Translations under genes and position numbers: made by a program
Shown: positions 8,027 to 18,055 of the stretch, piece after piece
Layout: every line of letters begins with the position of its first letter
Numbering within the stretch: position 1 is the stretch's first letter
The notes under the pieces: generated by a model
Database searches by the model: none
What the model saw: only the letters and a program-made list of their open reading frames with translations
What the model was told of the DNA's origin: nothing
Origin: Patescibacteria group bacterium
GTDB taxonomy: Bacteria > Patescibacteriota > Microgenomatia > JAMCZE01
Length of the DNA stretch: 64,000 nucleotides
Reading direction: 5' to 3'
Assembly (NCBI GenBank): GCA_023380635.1
Contig: JAMCRP010000002.1
Coordinates: 108,093 to 172,092, forward strand

Positions 8027-8572
8027 TTAGAGTTCCACTTCTTCCCATTCCTCTTTGCCTTTTTTGTCTTTGCCGTTAGTTTTGTACAGCCTGCCATTTT
8101 GTTCCAAGATTCGCTCGACAAAGATTTTGCCGTTGAGATGGTCCATTTCGTGCTGGATGACCGTCGCAGGAAAGCCGCTGAATTTTTCATTTTTCATTTC
8201 GAATTTTTCATTTTGGTATTTGACCACGAGCCACTGATAACGCTTAACAACGCCGTAGTATTTCGGCACCGAGAGACAGCCTTCCAGCGGGGCCTTCTTG
8301 TCTTCCGGCTGGAACTGTTCGCTATGGTCGACAATTTCCGGATTAATAAAAGTGTAGACGGGCGAACTTTTTTTGGTGTCAAACCTAGCCAAAAATAACC
8401 GGTAGGGCAGCCCGACCTGGTTTGCCGCCAGCCCGACTCCTTCCGGATCTTTCTGGGAGACCAAAACATGCTTCATTTCTTCGATAATTTTTGCCAGTCC
8501 CGCCATGGCCGGATTCACAGGCTTGGTAGCCTGGCGCAAAATTTCATTTGGAGCCATCACAATAGAATACAT
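8027..8572 (-). CDS. def: Peptide deformylase
   Basis: GVGLAANQVG, EGCLSVP and HEMDHLNG, the three PDF motifs. Start placed at MYSIVMAP. Contains a short TTTTCAT repeat at 8186-8215 (EKFEMKNEKF). Confidence 0.85.
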   Translation of the reverse strand: MYSIVMAPNEILRQATKPVNPAMAGLAKIIEEMKHVLVSQKDPEGVGLAANQVGLPYRLFLARFDTKKSSPVYTFINPEIVDHSEQFQPEDKKAPLEGCLSVPKYYGVVKRYQWLVVKYQNEKFEMKNEKFSGFPATVIQHEMDHLNGKIFVERILEQNGRLYKTNGKDKKGKEEWEEVEL

Positions 8573-8591
8573 GGGGCAATTATACAATTTT

Positions 8592-10208
8592 TTATTCCCG
8601 AAGGCCGAGACGGCGGCGCAGTTGGTCAAGAGTTGCCGGCAAACTGAAGCCGCTGATTGTCGGGGGGGCAGGCTGAACTTGGACAGGTTGTCCGGTTAAG
8701 GTGGAACCGCTTTCGTAATCAAAGACATATTTCCACCACGCGCCGGGCAGATGTTTAAACCACCATTTTTTATATTGATAGCCGTCACAATTCCAAAGAT
8801 CGCAGTTAATGTCTTTATAATTTGGCGGGCTGGGCAAATTTGGGTATTTAAGCCAGTCATCGCAGGCTGATTTAACCACGCGCTTATTGCTCCAGTCATA
8901 ATCAGTGAGACTGTTTGGGGCATAATGGATGCTGCCGCATTCTGCCTGGCCGGGCGTATTCTTGTCTACCATGATAAACTTATCCCAGCTAATCGGTCCA
9001 TTGATTACCCAGTTGCCTTCAACGTGCTCCATGGCTGATTCGGTCCGGTGGCCAAGGTCTTCCAGAGCCTCACTTATGCCCCGCTCGTAGTTGAAACCCA
9101 TTATGGGCAGCAGCTTTTGACAGGTTGTTTTTTCCAGTGGCGGCGAGTTATACCAAAAAGCATTCGGCCCGGCCAGGGTTGACTCGTAATAGCCAAAATA
9201 TGGACCGCCCCAGAGCCAGACCTCGTCAATTTCCCCCCGGTTTCTTTTCTCGCATGATTGGTAAGTGGCAAGAATTTTCAGGTAATCAACGCCATCCGGC
9301 TGGTGGCAGGTGCCGCTGCTACCCAGACAGTTAAGATAAGCGTCTTCGGTATATTTAAAACCGTCAGCCTTTACGCCGAAATCATCAATTTCGTGTCTTT
9401 CCACTACCTGGATATTAACTTTCCCGCCGCTGACTTCTTTGAGGTCGGAAATTATCTGGGAAGTGAGAGTGTCCGGGTTATTCCAGCCTTTATAAGTAAT
9501 CAGCCGCTGGCCGTTATGGTTTTTCAAGACGGGATTAAAAATTAAAAGCTGAACCTTCTTTGTGATGGTGCTGCCGGTGCTCGGCGTGGAGGCGCTGATG
9601 TTTAATGTCCGCACCTGCCCGTCGGTGACATTGCGGCTGATGGGGTTGCCAGAAGTATCAATGCCTGCAACCACCGAAGAGGAGTCATAGGACAGAGAGG
9701 CAGAGGAACCTTTTAAAGTAAAATTAACAATAGTGCCTCCCGGAGCCACGAGGGGGTAGCAAACAAACGGTTCTTTGATGGTGCATGGGGCGCCTAAGTC
9801 AATGGTAACCGTTCCGGGAGTACCGGTATCGATAATATTTAGCATTTTCATTTTACCAGGGTCAAAATTTTTGGTTACCAGGTCGCCGGGTGAGACGTTG
9901 TTAATGATTAGTTTGGCGGGGTCATATTTTAAAACTAGGTGCACGGCGGAAACTTTGATCGGATTGCTGCCAAGAGCGGGGATGATATCCAAAGTGGCGT
10001 GATTTTCCGCAGTAGTTATCGCCGTCTGGCCGCTTTTATTAAAAACCAGGGAAACCTTGTCATCAGCGGCTTTACTGCCGGTATTGATCTGCTGGCGCAC
10101 GACTAAAGTAGCCGCAATTAAACCGCCGACCAAAAGCAGGAGCATGAAGATTGCTGCAATAGTGCCTTTTCTATTTTCCATAGTTGGCGACCATGTTGTT
10201 GTAATCAT
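8592..10208 (-). CDS. Membrane-anchored exported protein with a cohesin-like domain
   Basis: N-terminal TM anchor. The segment IKVSAVHLVLKYDPAKLIINNVSPGDLVTKNFDP resembles the cohesin signature (xFxLxYDPxxLE...G). The C-terminal Cys/Trp-rich region is unassigned. Confidence 0.5.
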   Translation of the reverse strand: MITTTWSPTMENRKGTIAAIFMLLLLVGGLIAATLVVRQQINTGSKAADDKVSLVFNKSGQTAITTAENHATLDIIPALGSNPIKVSAVHLVLKYDPAKLIINNVSPGDLVTKNFDPGKMKMLNIIDTGTPGTVTIDLGAPCTIKEPFVCYPLVAPGGTIVNFTLKGSSASLSYDSSSVVAGIDTSGNPISRNVTDGQVRTLNISASTPSTGSTITKKVQLLIFNPVLKNHNGQRLITYKGWNNPDTLTSQIISDLKEVSGGKVNIQVVERHEIDDFGVKADGFKYTEDAYLNCLGSSGTCHQPDGVDYLKILATYQSCEKRNRGEIDEVWLWGGPYFGYYESTLAGPNAFWYNSPPLEKTTCQKLLPIMGFNYERGISEALEDLGHRTESAMEHVEGNWVINGPISWDKFIMVDKNTPGQAECGSIHYAPNSLTDYDWSNKRVVKSACDDWLKYPNLPSPPNYKDINCDLWNCDGYQYKKWWFKHLPGAWWKYVFDYESGSTLTGQPVQVQPAPPTISGFSLPATLDQLRRRLGLRE

Positions 10209-11289
10209 AAATCCGCGAAGAAGTGTAACTGCTCATCAGGAAATCAAAATCCCTGATGTCCACCTTGCCGTCATTGTTAAAATCTCCGGGTCTGGTAGAC
10301 ACACTTACCTGGATCCGGCTTTTACTGCCGCAGTTTTGGTAGATAGTCCCGTCTAATGAGGTGTAGGGATAGCCGACAAAAGGATTACCTGTGCAACCGG
10401 TGTTGGCATTGGTTCGGGCATCGCAAATTACCCAGTAAGCGCCGGCTTTGGGGAAAGTGATGCTTTGGTTGGCACAACCACCGCTCTTGTTGTAATTACA
10501 CATTGTTGTCCAGGAGGCTGACGAGGTTGGACCCCAATAGAGCTGGCCATTGGCCGCGTTCGAATAGGTAAAACCATAGCCGGAAGTTGCCCGGCCGACT
10601 ACGGCGGTAGCTGGTCCGGAAACCGAACAGGAAGCGACACCGCCGGAATTGGCCATAAAATGCCACCAGAGGTCAGCGTAACCATTAGCCGGAACATTGA
10701 CAGTCACGGAATTTCCCGGCCCGACCAAACTGGTGTGACAACCGATTTGGTTATAGCACAAACTGTAGCCGGAGATGGTGTAACCGGCGGGAGCGGAAGG
10801 CACCGCCACAGTATGCGATCCGGCGGAAATATTGGGAAAACTGTAGGAACTTTTACTGGAATTGCCCAATTGGCTTTCGGTCGTCCTACCATCGAGAGTA
10901 ATAATTTTAGGGTTAAAAGCGGGGTTAGAGCAGTCCTGGGCAAACCCCAAGACTTTGCAGCCCTGGATGGTGCCGGTGCCGGCGGGTTTTGGGGGGGGAG
11001 CGATCCCGGTTCCGCTGCTGCAGGAAATTCTTTGGTTGCAGCCGTCAAGGCAGGTGCCGTTGGAGCAACTGTTGTCGCCGTACTGGTTATGCCGGCAAAC
11101 TCCGGGTTTGTTCCAAAGACAGCGGGAGTTATTGCAGTCATTTTCATTATTGTTCTGGGCGCAATTTCCCGGAGCATTTAGCCAGTCCGTACAACTGCCC
11201 AGGCAGGCTCCATAGACTGGCGGGATTGGCTTAAGAATGAAAAGAATTACGAGCAGCGGGCCAATGACGGCGACAAGAACTTTTTTCAT
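10171..11289 (-). CDS. Secreted Cys-rich protein with a C-terminal dockerin-like calcium-binding repeat
   Basis: Signal peptide MKKVLVAVIGPLLVILFIL. C-terminal DFNNDGKVDIRDFDFL matches a single dockerin repeat (DxNxDGxVxxxD). Many paired Cys and Gly/Ser-rich low-complexity stretches. Confidence 0.5.
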   Translation of the reverse strand: MKKVLVAVIGPLLVILFILKPIPPVYGACLGSCTDWLNAPGNCAQNNNENDCNNSRCLWNKPGVCRHNQYGDNSCSNGTCLDGCNQRISCSSGTGIAPPPKPAGTGTIQGCKVLGFAQDCSNPAFNPKIITLDGRTTESQLGNSSKSSYSFPNISAGSHTVAVPSAPAGYTISGYSLCYNQIGCHTSLVGPGNSVTVNVPANGYADLWWHFMANSGGVASCSVSGPATAVVGRATSGYGFTYSNAANGQLYWGPTSSASWTTMCNYNKSGGCANQSITFPKAGAYWVICDARTNANTGCTGNPFVGYPYTSLDGTIYQNCGSKSRIQVSVSTRPGDFNNDGKVDIRDFDFLMSSYTSSRIYDYNNMVANYGK

Positions 11290-11330
11290 TCTCTACAAGT
11301 CAACATCCTTTTATCACAAGTTGTCAAGAC

Positions 11331-11930
11331 TTACGGCACTCCCGGCCAGCCGAAGAGCAGAACGGCGGTGGCCATAATTCCGTTCGAAATAATTAATCCG
11401 GCAATAAGTTCTTCTTTTGTATGTTGTTTGAGAACTAATCTTGCCCAGACTAATGGAATAAGAAGTAAGAAGAGCCATAAATACTTGCTGTGTGTCATAA
11501 AGTTAACTCCCCAGAAAGCTCCGGAGGCAACCATCATGTGGGCACTGATCTTAAACCTGAGAACGGCGTAGCAAAAAATTCCGGCAATTATTCCTACGGT
11601 CATTAAGAGCGAAAGGTGAAAAACAGTCGAATTAGTCAGAAGCCAAGTGAGAACCAGAACAATTACCCAAAAGGGTATGTAGATGGGGATCAAAATTAGA
11701 CGGTCTTTAAGCCGGGTCCATTCAATGGTTATTCCTCTTTTCCTAAGAAGGATATAGGTTGACAGAAGGGTGGGGATTGCCAAGCCAATAACAAATATTA
11801 GGGTATAAACCCAAAGGGCTTTCCAGAAACCAATGCCGCTTTTGACCGCTACCGCCAGCCAGAGGAGGCAAAGAAGGGGCAAAGGGCCCAGTAAGCGGGA
11901 AATTATAAAGGCCAGGTCCTTTTTGGCCAT
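11331..11930 (-). CDS. Polytopic membrane protein, hypothetical
   Basis: About six predicted TM helices; co-operonic with the UbiA-family gene. Confidence 0.45.
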   Translation of the reverse strand: MAKKDLAFIISRLLGPLPLLCLLWLAVAVKSGIGFWKALWVYTLIFVIGLAIPTLLSTYILLRKRGITIEWTRLKDRLILIPIYIPFWVIVLVLTWLLTNSTVFHLSLLMTVGIIAGIFCYAVLRFKISAHMMVASGAFWGVNFMTHSKYLWLFLLLIPLVWARLVLKQHTKEELIAGLIISNGIMATAVLLFGWPGVP

Positions 11931-11933
11931 AAC

Positions 11934-12818
11934 CTATTTATATATAAAACCGGCGAAGTAGTAAACAGTAAAAATAATGACCATAATAATCGCGCCTAAA
12001 TCCGAGGCAAAGACACCAAAGTGCTCGCCGGTGCGCAGGAGTTCGTGGAGCCGGGCGCGGTTATGATAAATCGTTAAGCCGAACTGGGCGGCGGTGAAAA
12101 GGAAAAAGATAAGCGTGACAATGTACATGTACCACCAGTGGAGCGTGATAAACATGGTGACAAAGCCAAGGATAGCGGATAAGAAAGCCAGAATTTCAAT
12201 CAGAATAAGGTTATTTCTTTCGCCGAGAATAACCGCCGTGGTGTGAATTCCAGCTTGCCTGTCAGCGTCAATGTCGGCTCCTTCGTTAACCAGTTGAATG
12301 GCCGGAAAGCCCAGAGAGAAAAAAGCCATGACCAGCCACTCATGCCAGGTGAAAGGAATTCCGGCCAGTTGGTAGTAAGCCACATACGGCAGCAGGGCAC
12401 AGCCGACGGTAACGGCGGCCAACTCCAAGAACGGCCATTGCTTTAGCCGGATGATCGGCGCGGAATAAGCGAAAAGAATTAAAAAGCCAACCAGAGCAAT
12501 CCAGATTAATCCTTGCCCTGCTAATATCGCGATTCCTAAAATGGCTGTAATCAGAAAAGACACAAGGGTAAACTGGCGGGAAACCCCGTGTTTGATAATG
12601 CCCTTTGACCGTTCGGGGTTATGCAAATCCGTATCGAACGAATCCACCAGTTCGTTAATTAAAAAGGCGCTGAAATAAATCCCGATAAACCCGGCAGCCA
12701 AAAGAATTAACCTGGACAAGGGAATAAAGACTCCCGTATCTAAGGCGGCAATAAACAAAGTGCTCGCCCCGGGCAAGACTTCGCGAATCCGAAAGACTTG
12801 TAACCAATTCTTATTCAT
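11934..12818 (-). CDS. UbiA-family prenyltransferase
   Basis: NELVDSFDTDLHNPER (Asp-rich motif 1 plus NxxxRP-like) and a second Asp-rich motif DIDADRQAG. Nine-TM topology. Confidence 0.7.
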   Translation of the reverse strand: MNKNWLQVFRIREVLPGASTLFIAALDTGVFIPLSRLILLAAGFIGIYFSAFLINELVDSFDTDLHNPERSKGIIKHGVSRQFTLVSFLITAILGIAILAGQGLIWIALVGFLILFAYSAPIIRLKQWPFLELAAVTVGCALLPYVAYYQLAGIPFTWHEWLVMAFFSLGFPAIQLVNEGADIDADRQAGIHTTAVILGERNNLILIEILAFLSAILGFVTMFITLHWWYMYIVTLIFFLFTAAQFGLTIYHNRARLHELLRTGEHFGVFASDLGAIIMVIIFTVYYFAGFIYK

Positions 12819-12856
12819 TAAGTTACGTGATTAATAACGTTATTAATAACGTTGTT

Positions 12857-13843
12857 TCAAATATTATTCAATAAATAGCGGCAGGAATTTTCCAGATGGG
12901 CTTGGGCATTCTTAACTGCCTGTTGTTTAAATACCGGGAAGCGCAAAATAGAACTGGCGCCGTAGATCTGGCCGATTAATTCTTCTTTCTTTCCTTCGGT
13001 CATGTTAATTTCGGCGGTAATCAAGCCGGAATATTTTTGGTCGTAAAGCCAGCGGACAATTTCGGTATCTTCGGGGCTATTGATCTCGGTAGCCAGATCG
13101 AAACCGGGAAGACTGTTAGCCATGTGGAGGTGGCCCAGGCGGGGGTAAACTTTCTTAAGTGTCGAAAGTAACGGCATTTTCAAACTGATTAAAGAACAGG
13201 TGTCCAGGCAAAGGGCGAATTTTTTTTGGGGACGCTCCTTGTCTAACACCGCCAGCATTTTAAGTGGGTTAGTAGTCCAGTCAATACTGCCGTCAATTTT
13301 TTTAAAGTACTTCCAGGGATGAGTTTCCCAGTCATAAGCGTAGGCTGCCTCGTGCTCCATGGTTACTGTCACGCCAAACTTCTTTTCGGCTTCGGCCAAA
13401 TAGGCTAAACTGCCACCCAAATCATGGTGGTCAAGGTGATAAGTATGAAAAACTGTGATTTTTGCACCCAGGTTTTTGGCAAAAGCGCAGGTTTTGTCGA
13501 CGGTTTCCCGGAAATTTTCGTTTTTAATCCAGTTCTTGCCATAAAGGATAATTGTCGCCAGGTTAATAAGGGCCATATTATTCTTAAACGAAGCGTGGCC
13601 GAAAAAAGGAAAAGGCGCGTGGACGGCGAGAATTTTATTGCCGATAGCGGAAGTTTTTATCTTTTGAACATCCTGGTCCATGAGGAGATCATATTCAATC
13701 CCGGCGACGCCGGTTTTTTGCACTGACTGGGCATTGGTTTTTAAATCGGCATAAGTGACCGCCGGTGGCAAAATACCGGCGGGGAGAATCAGTCTTTGGG
13801 CCAGCCATTTTTGTTTGGGAGTCATGGGTTTTCCGAGAGCCAT
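12857..13843 (-). CDS. Hypothetical protein, possibly a TIM-barrel sugar-phosphate isomerase/epimerase-like fold
   Basis: Weak assignment, by composition only. First gene of the three-gene minus-strand operon with the UbiA-family gene. Confidence 0.3.
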   Translation of the reverse strand: MALGKPMTPKQKWLAQRLILPAGILPPAVTYADLKTNAQSVQKTGVAGIEYDLLMDQDVQKIKTSAIGNKILAVHAPFPFFGHASFKNNMALINLATIILYGKNWIKNENFRETVDKTCAFAKNLGAKITVFHTYHLDHHDLGGSLAYLAEAEKKFGVTVTMEHEAAYAYDWETHPWKYFKKIDGSIDWTTNPLKMLAVLDKERPQKKFALCLDTCSLISLKMPLLSTLKKVYPRLGHLHMANSLPGFDLATEINSPEDTEIVRWLYDQKYSGLITAEINMTEGKKEELIGQIYGASSILRFPVFKQQAVKNAQAHLENSCRYLLNNI

Positions 13844-15936
13844 TTTATGGCCTCCTGATCGGCGCCGATATGATTAATAATATATTCCATCTCGGCTTTG
13901 GCGTGGGTTTTATCACCGGCTTGGGCGTAGAGCAGTCCCAAAGTGTAATACGCGTCGCGGTAGTCCGGTTTCAGACTGATCGTATTTTCCAAAACTTTAA
14001 TCCCGGCGGAAAGGTTGCCGGTGCGCCCCAAAAGCATTCCGTAATTGTACCAGACTTTGGCATCGGTGGGGGCTAACTCTGTGGCTGTTTTAAGAGAGTC
14101 GAGCGCCGGCTGGAAATATTTTTGGTCAATTGTCGAAAGAGCGTAGAACATCTTTGTCCGGTCTTTCCAAAACGGCAGGGAATCGGGAGAAGTAGCGATT
14201 GTCTGGTCGGAATTGGTAATGGCTTCGTTAATTAAATCATTGACTGAAGCGCCAAGCTGAGGACTTTGAAGTGAAAACTTTTCCTGTGCGGAAAGCGAGG
14301 CGATAGCGGAATTAGTGGCGGAATTAATTTGGGTAAACAAAGCCGAGGCCAAAACCGCCTGGTTGTAAGCCAGTTCGTCACGGAAAGTGGGTTCGTCAGG
14401 GTTGGCGGTCACCGCTGCCTGCAGCTGGGGGTATGCCTGAACATAATCGTTAACCTGGTCAAGGTTTTTGCCCAGGGCATAGGCTTTGTCGGCGGTCCAC
14501 ATATTCCAAAGAGACAGCTCTAACAGGAGGCCCACAAAACTGATCGTTCCGACGGCTAGCCAGGAACCGACTCCCGGCGACGGTTGTTTCATGGCTATAT
14601 TGTTAAATTGTTCTTCTTGAAGTATCAGCGCGAAAGCCGGGATTAGGAAAAAGTACAATCCGATGACCACGACAGAGAAACCAAAGAAATTAGTTACTAA
14701 AATTGTGACCCAAGCAGCGGCCAGTGCGGCGATAATCATGACATTGTTGGATTGCTTCATTGTTTTAAATATCCAAACCGCAAAACTCCCGATGATAAGC
14801 AAATAGGCAAGCATCCCCACGCTGCCGGTCGTGGCTAGCAGATTAAGATACTCATTGTGGGCTTTGTTATAAAGAAAGTCCCATTCGGAGTCCAGGTTTT
14901 TGGACACGGGCCGGTCTTTATAAAAAGAATAAGCGAAAGTTTCCACGCCGGAACCAAAAACCGGATACCTTTCCCAGACTTTGACGGCGCCTTCCCAGAC
15001 GGGTTTTCGGATGGCCTCGGAATCAGTCACTCCCGGGCCGGGGGCGGGGAGACGCTGATACCACTGCCAGCCGACGACGGTCAGGATAACCAATCCCGTT
15101 ATTGCCAAGCCAATTTTTATTTTTGGGCTGAGCCGGAGTAACAAAAATACCAAGGCACCCAGGCCGGCGGCCACGCCAAGGTAACCGGAACGGGACTTGG
15201 TGAAAAGCAAAGCTGCAAAATAAAGTAAAGCCAATAAAATAAATAAAATAATTTTCCGGTAATCGGTTTTCAGTTGTCGGTTGTCAGTTTTAAACAGAGA
15301 ACTGAGAACTGGTAAACGGGTAGCTGAAAACAGAAAACCGAGAACTGATAACAGGAGAACATCCAGATACGCTGCCATCCAGTTGGGCTGGCCCAAAGTA
15401 GCAAAGACCCGGCCCTGGACATCCTGAACCCAGCAGTCATCACTAAACTTTCCGGTAATCAGTAAACACGACGGCGAATGGCCGAAGTGCTCCATCGCGC
15501 CCCAAAGCGAAACGATGACGGCCGAGGCGAAGGAAATTAAGAGGATTTTTTTAATATGATCTTTAGTCAGATTGGAAACGGCGGCGAAATAAAGCAAAAT
15601 ATACGAAGCGCTGGCTAAGAGGCCCTCATGGAAGCGGGAATAATAGCCCCAAACTGAAATATGCGGGTCAATGCTAAAAATTGTTGAGAGAACATGAGCG
15701 CCCAAATATAGAATTAGAGGAATCTCCAAAAAACTGCGCCGGTAGACGAACTTTTTGGCGGCGATCATCTTGATCAGCCACGCTCCGGCCACGACTACCG
15801 TTAAAGCGTAAACCAACATCATTTTGTTATATTCGAAAAGCTCCGAGGTCTGGGAAGAAAACACCAGTGGTACCAGGAAAAACAGCAGGTAAAATGAGGC
15901 GGAAATAATTAAATCGGAAAGACCGATCAGATTCAC
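13822..15936 (-). CDS. O-antigen ligase-like (Wzy_C) polytopic membrane protein with C-terminal TPR repeats
   Basis: Ten or more TM helices with a large periplasmic loop, and C-terminal TPR-like repeats (YYTLGLLYAQAGD, WYNYGMLL). Contains a low-complexity nucleotide repeat at 15262-15375. Confidence 0.6.
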   Translation of the reverse strand: MNLIGLSDLIISASFYLLFFLVPLVFSSQTSELFEYNKMMLVYALTVVVAGAWLIKMIAAKKFVYRRSFLEIPLILYLGAHVLSTIFSIDPHISVWGYYSRFHEGLLASASYILLYFAAVSNLTKDHIKKILLISFASAVIVSLWGAMEHFGHSPSCLLITGKFSDDCWVQDVQGRVFATLGQPNWMAAYLDVLLLSVLGFLFSATRLPVLSSLFKTDNRQLKTDYRKIILFILLALLYFAALLFTKSRSGYLGVAAGLGALVFLLLRLSPKIKIGLAITGLVILTVVGWQWYQRLPAPGPGVTDSEAIRKPVWEGAVKVWERYPVFGSGVETFAYSFYKDRPVSKNLDSEWDFLYNKAHNEYLNLLATTGSVGMLAYLLIIGSFAVWIFKTMKQSNNVMIIAALAAAWVTILVTNFFGFSVVVIGLYFFLIPAFALILQEEQFNNIAMKQPSPGVGSWLAVGTISFVGLLLELSLWNMWTADKAYALGKNLDQVNDYVQAYPQLQAAVTANPDEPTFRDELAYNQAVLASALFTQINSATNSAIASLSAQEKFSLQSPQLGASVNDLINEAITNSDQTIATSPDSLPFWKDRTKMFYALSTIDQKYFQPALDSLKTATELAPTDAKVWYNYGMLLGRTGNLSAGIKVLENTISLKPDYRDAYYTLGLLYAQAGDKTHAKAEMEYIINHIGADQEAIKWLSENP
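15262..15375. repeat. Low-complexity direct repeats (cagttgtcggttgtcagtt; gagaactgagaactg; cagaaaaccgagaactga) inside the Wzy-like gene
   Basis: Read directly. Confidence 0.7.
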
Positions 15937-16223
15937 AAAAATGATTATACCGGGTTACCGGAGGCGCGTCCAGATTTTTCTGCTGGTTTAGCCGCCTGGT
16001 GCCGCTTATAAATTGGGCACTCCTTAAAATTATTGAGGCAGTGGCACTTTCGGCTAGGGCGGTTTGGGTCGATGCTTTTCTTATTCTCGGAATAGTCACA
16101 ATAGGTGGCAGGGATAATATCGTATTGGCCGGGATATTTTAGACCTTCACATATTCCATTCATGGCAGGATATTGTATCATAGAGCTATGCTCGATTACC
16201 TTTTCGGGTTGGTTTCCTATGAC

Positions 16224-17240
16224 ATGGGGATCGATTTGGGAACGGCCAATACCTTAGTCTTAGTCAAAGATAAGGGGATTGTGATTCGCGAGCCGTCGGT
16301 TGTCGCCATTCACAAAAAAACTAAGAATGTCATCGCTTTGGGAACGGAAGCTAAAAAGATGCTGGGACGGGCGCCGGAGACGATTAATGTTATCAGGCCG
16401 CTTTCTGACGGGGTGATTGCCGACTTTGATGCCACCGCGGCAATGTTGGCCAACTATATTAAACTGGTTCACCAGACGCCCGGGGTGATTCCCAAAATTC
16501 CCAAACCAAAAGTAGTCATTGGCATTCCCTCAGGAGTTACCGAAGTCGAAAGACGCGCTGTCCAGGAAGCAGCTCTCGCGGCAGGCGCCCGTAAGGCCTA
16601 CCTGATTGAAGAGCCGATGGCAGCGGCCATTGGGATTAATTTGCCGATTGATGATTCCAGCGGGTCTATTATTGTGGATATCGGCGGCGGGACGACAGAA
16701 ATGGCCGTCACGGCTCTCGGCGGAATCGTGGTAAACAAATCTATCAGGGTAGCCGGGGACGAGATGGACGAAGCGATCATTAACTTTTTAAGACTGAAAT
16801 ACGGTGTCCTGGTGGGTCAGCCGACGGCGGAAGCTCTGAAAATCTCGATCGGATCGGCAGCGCCTTCTAAAAACGAAGAAGAAAAGTACTCAGTTGTCCG
16901 CGGCCGGGATTTGGAATCAGGCCTACCTAAGTCATTAAAAATTTCAACTTCGGAAATTCGGGAAGCGTTAAGTCCTGTTATTAACCAGATTGTGGCCGGT
17001 ATAGGATCATTGCTGGAAGAAACTCCGCCGGAACTAGCTTCGGATATTGTTAACCGTGGGATTGCTCTGGCTGGCGGCGGGTCCCAGTTGCGAAATATTG
17101 ATATCGCTATTTCCGAGGCGACCAAAGTGCCGGTTTGGGTCGCTGATGACGCGTTAACCGCCGTGGTTCGCGGCTGCGGCAAAGTTTTAGTTGATGAAAA
17201 ACTTTTGACCAGAGTTAGGGTAACCGGCGGATTAAAGTAG
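16224..17240 (+). CDS. mreB: Rod shape-determining protein MreB
   Basis: MGIDLGTANTLV..., the actin-fold phosphate 1 and 2 motifs and the mreBCD context. Start placed at the internal ATG at 16224. Confidence 0.9.
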   Translation: MGIDLGTANTLVLVKDKGIVIREPSVVAIHKKTKNVIALGTEAKKMLGRAPETINVIRPLSDGVIADFDATAAMLANYIKLVHQTPGVIPKIPKPKVVIGIPSGVTEVERRAVQEAALAAGARKAYLIEEPMAAAIGINLPIDDSSGSIIVDIGGGTTEMAVTALGGIVVNKSIRVAGDEMDEAIINFLRLKYGVLVGQPTAEALKISIGSAAPSKNEEEKYSVVRGRDLESGLPKSLKISTSEIREALSPVINQIVAGIGSLLEETPPELASDIVNRGIALAGGGSQLRNIDIAISEATKVPVWVADDALTAVVRGCGKVLVDEKLLTRVRVTGGLK

Positions 17241-17278
17241 GTTGCAATCAAATGGCTTAATTCGTATACTTTTCCTAC

Positions 17279-18049
17279 ATGACGGACCTGCGGCTGAGGA
17301 CATTTTTAGCTCTTTTTGGCGCCACAATTCTCATTTATTTCCTCGACGGAATGGCCTTTCTTAATCCGCTAAAATCTATTGTTCAAACAGTGACTATGCC
17401 CATTCAGTATTCTGTTTACACTTCATCGCAATCGGCGCAGGACATCTTTTCTTTTTTAACTTTCTGGCGTTCCGGCGAAGCGAGAATTAAAAATCTTGAA
17501 CAGCGCAACGCGGAACTCTTGGCCGCCAAAAACGAGGCCGACGCTTTAAGAAAAGAAAATAACGAACTGCGGGCGCAACTGGGAGTAAAACCGTTGGCGG
17601 AGCATCAACTCCTGCCGGCCATTGTGCTGGGAAACGGGCGCTACCTGGAAGTTGGAGTCGGGATTAATGACGGGGTTACTCCCGGACAAACGGTCATCTA
17701 CTTGAATAACCTGGTCGGCAGTATCGTTAAGGTGACGCCCAAAACTAGCTTCGTTCAGCTGCCAACTGACCCTCAGGCGAAGATTCCCGCCAAGATAAAC
17801 CAAGCTAGAGGTTTAATTATAGGACAATTTAATTCCTCAATGATGTTAGATCGGGTAGCCCAAACTGAAGATATTGCGCAGAATGATTTGGTTTTAACTT
17901 CCGGTGAAGGCGGCACCTTTCCGCCGGATCTGGTGGTGGGAAAATTGGGAAAAATCGAAAGTGCCGAGACCGACCTGTTCCAAAAAGGTGAAGTGGTGCC
18001 GGCGGTTGATTATCAAAATCTGACGACAGTGTTTGTGATAATGGATTAG
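17279..18049 (+). CDS. mreC: Rod shape-determining protein MreC
   Basis: N-terminal TM and a coiled coil (LEQRNAELLAAKNEADALRKENNELRAQL); position after mreB. Confidence 0.75.
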   Translation: MTDLRLRTFLALFGATILIYFLDGMAFLNPLKSIVQTVTMPIQYSVYTSSQSAQDIFSFLTFWRSGEARIKNLEQRNAELLAAKNEADALRKENNELRAQLGVKPLAEHQLLPAIVLGNGRYLEVGVGINDGVTPGQTVIYLNNLVGSIVKVTPKTSFVQLPTDPQAKIPAKINQARGLIIGQFNSSMMLDRVAQTEDIAQNDLVLTSGEGGTFPPDLVVGKLGKIESAETDLFQKGEVVPAVDYQNLTTVFVIMD

Positions 18050-18055
18050 GCCTTT

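Noticed and set aside
10660-11234. Four nested plus-strand ORFs (173, 117 and 81 aa) and a minus-strand alternative-frame ORF (157 aa) inside the dockerin-protein gene
   Set aside because: They lie in a high-GC, Gly/Ala/Pro codon-rich region of a well-supported minus-strand gene; these are typical shadow ORFs.
12857-13843. GGGP synthase (PcrB) identity for the gene upstream of the UbiA homologue
   Set aside because: At 328 aa it is too long and has no GGGS- or PcrB-like motifs that I could see. It is kept as an unassigned TIM-barrel-like protein only.
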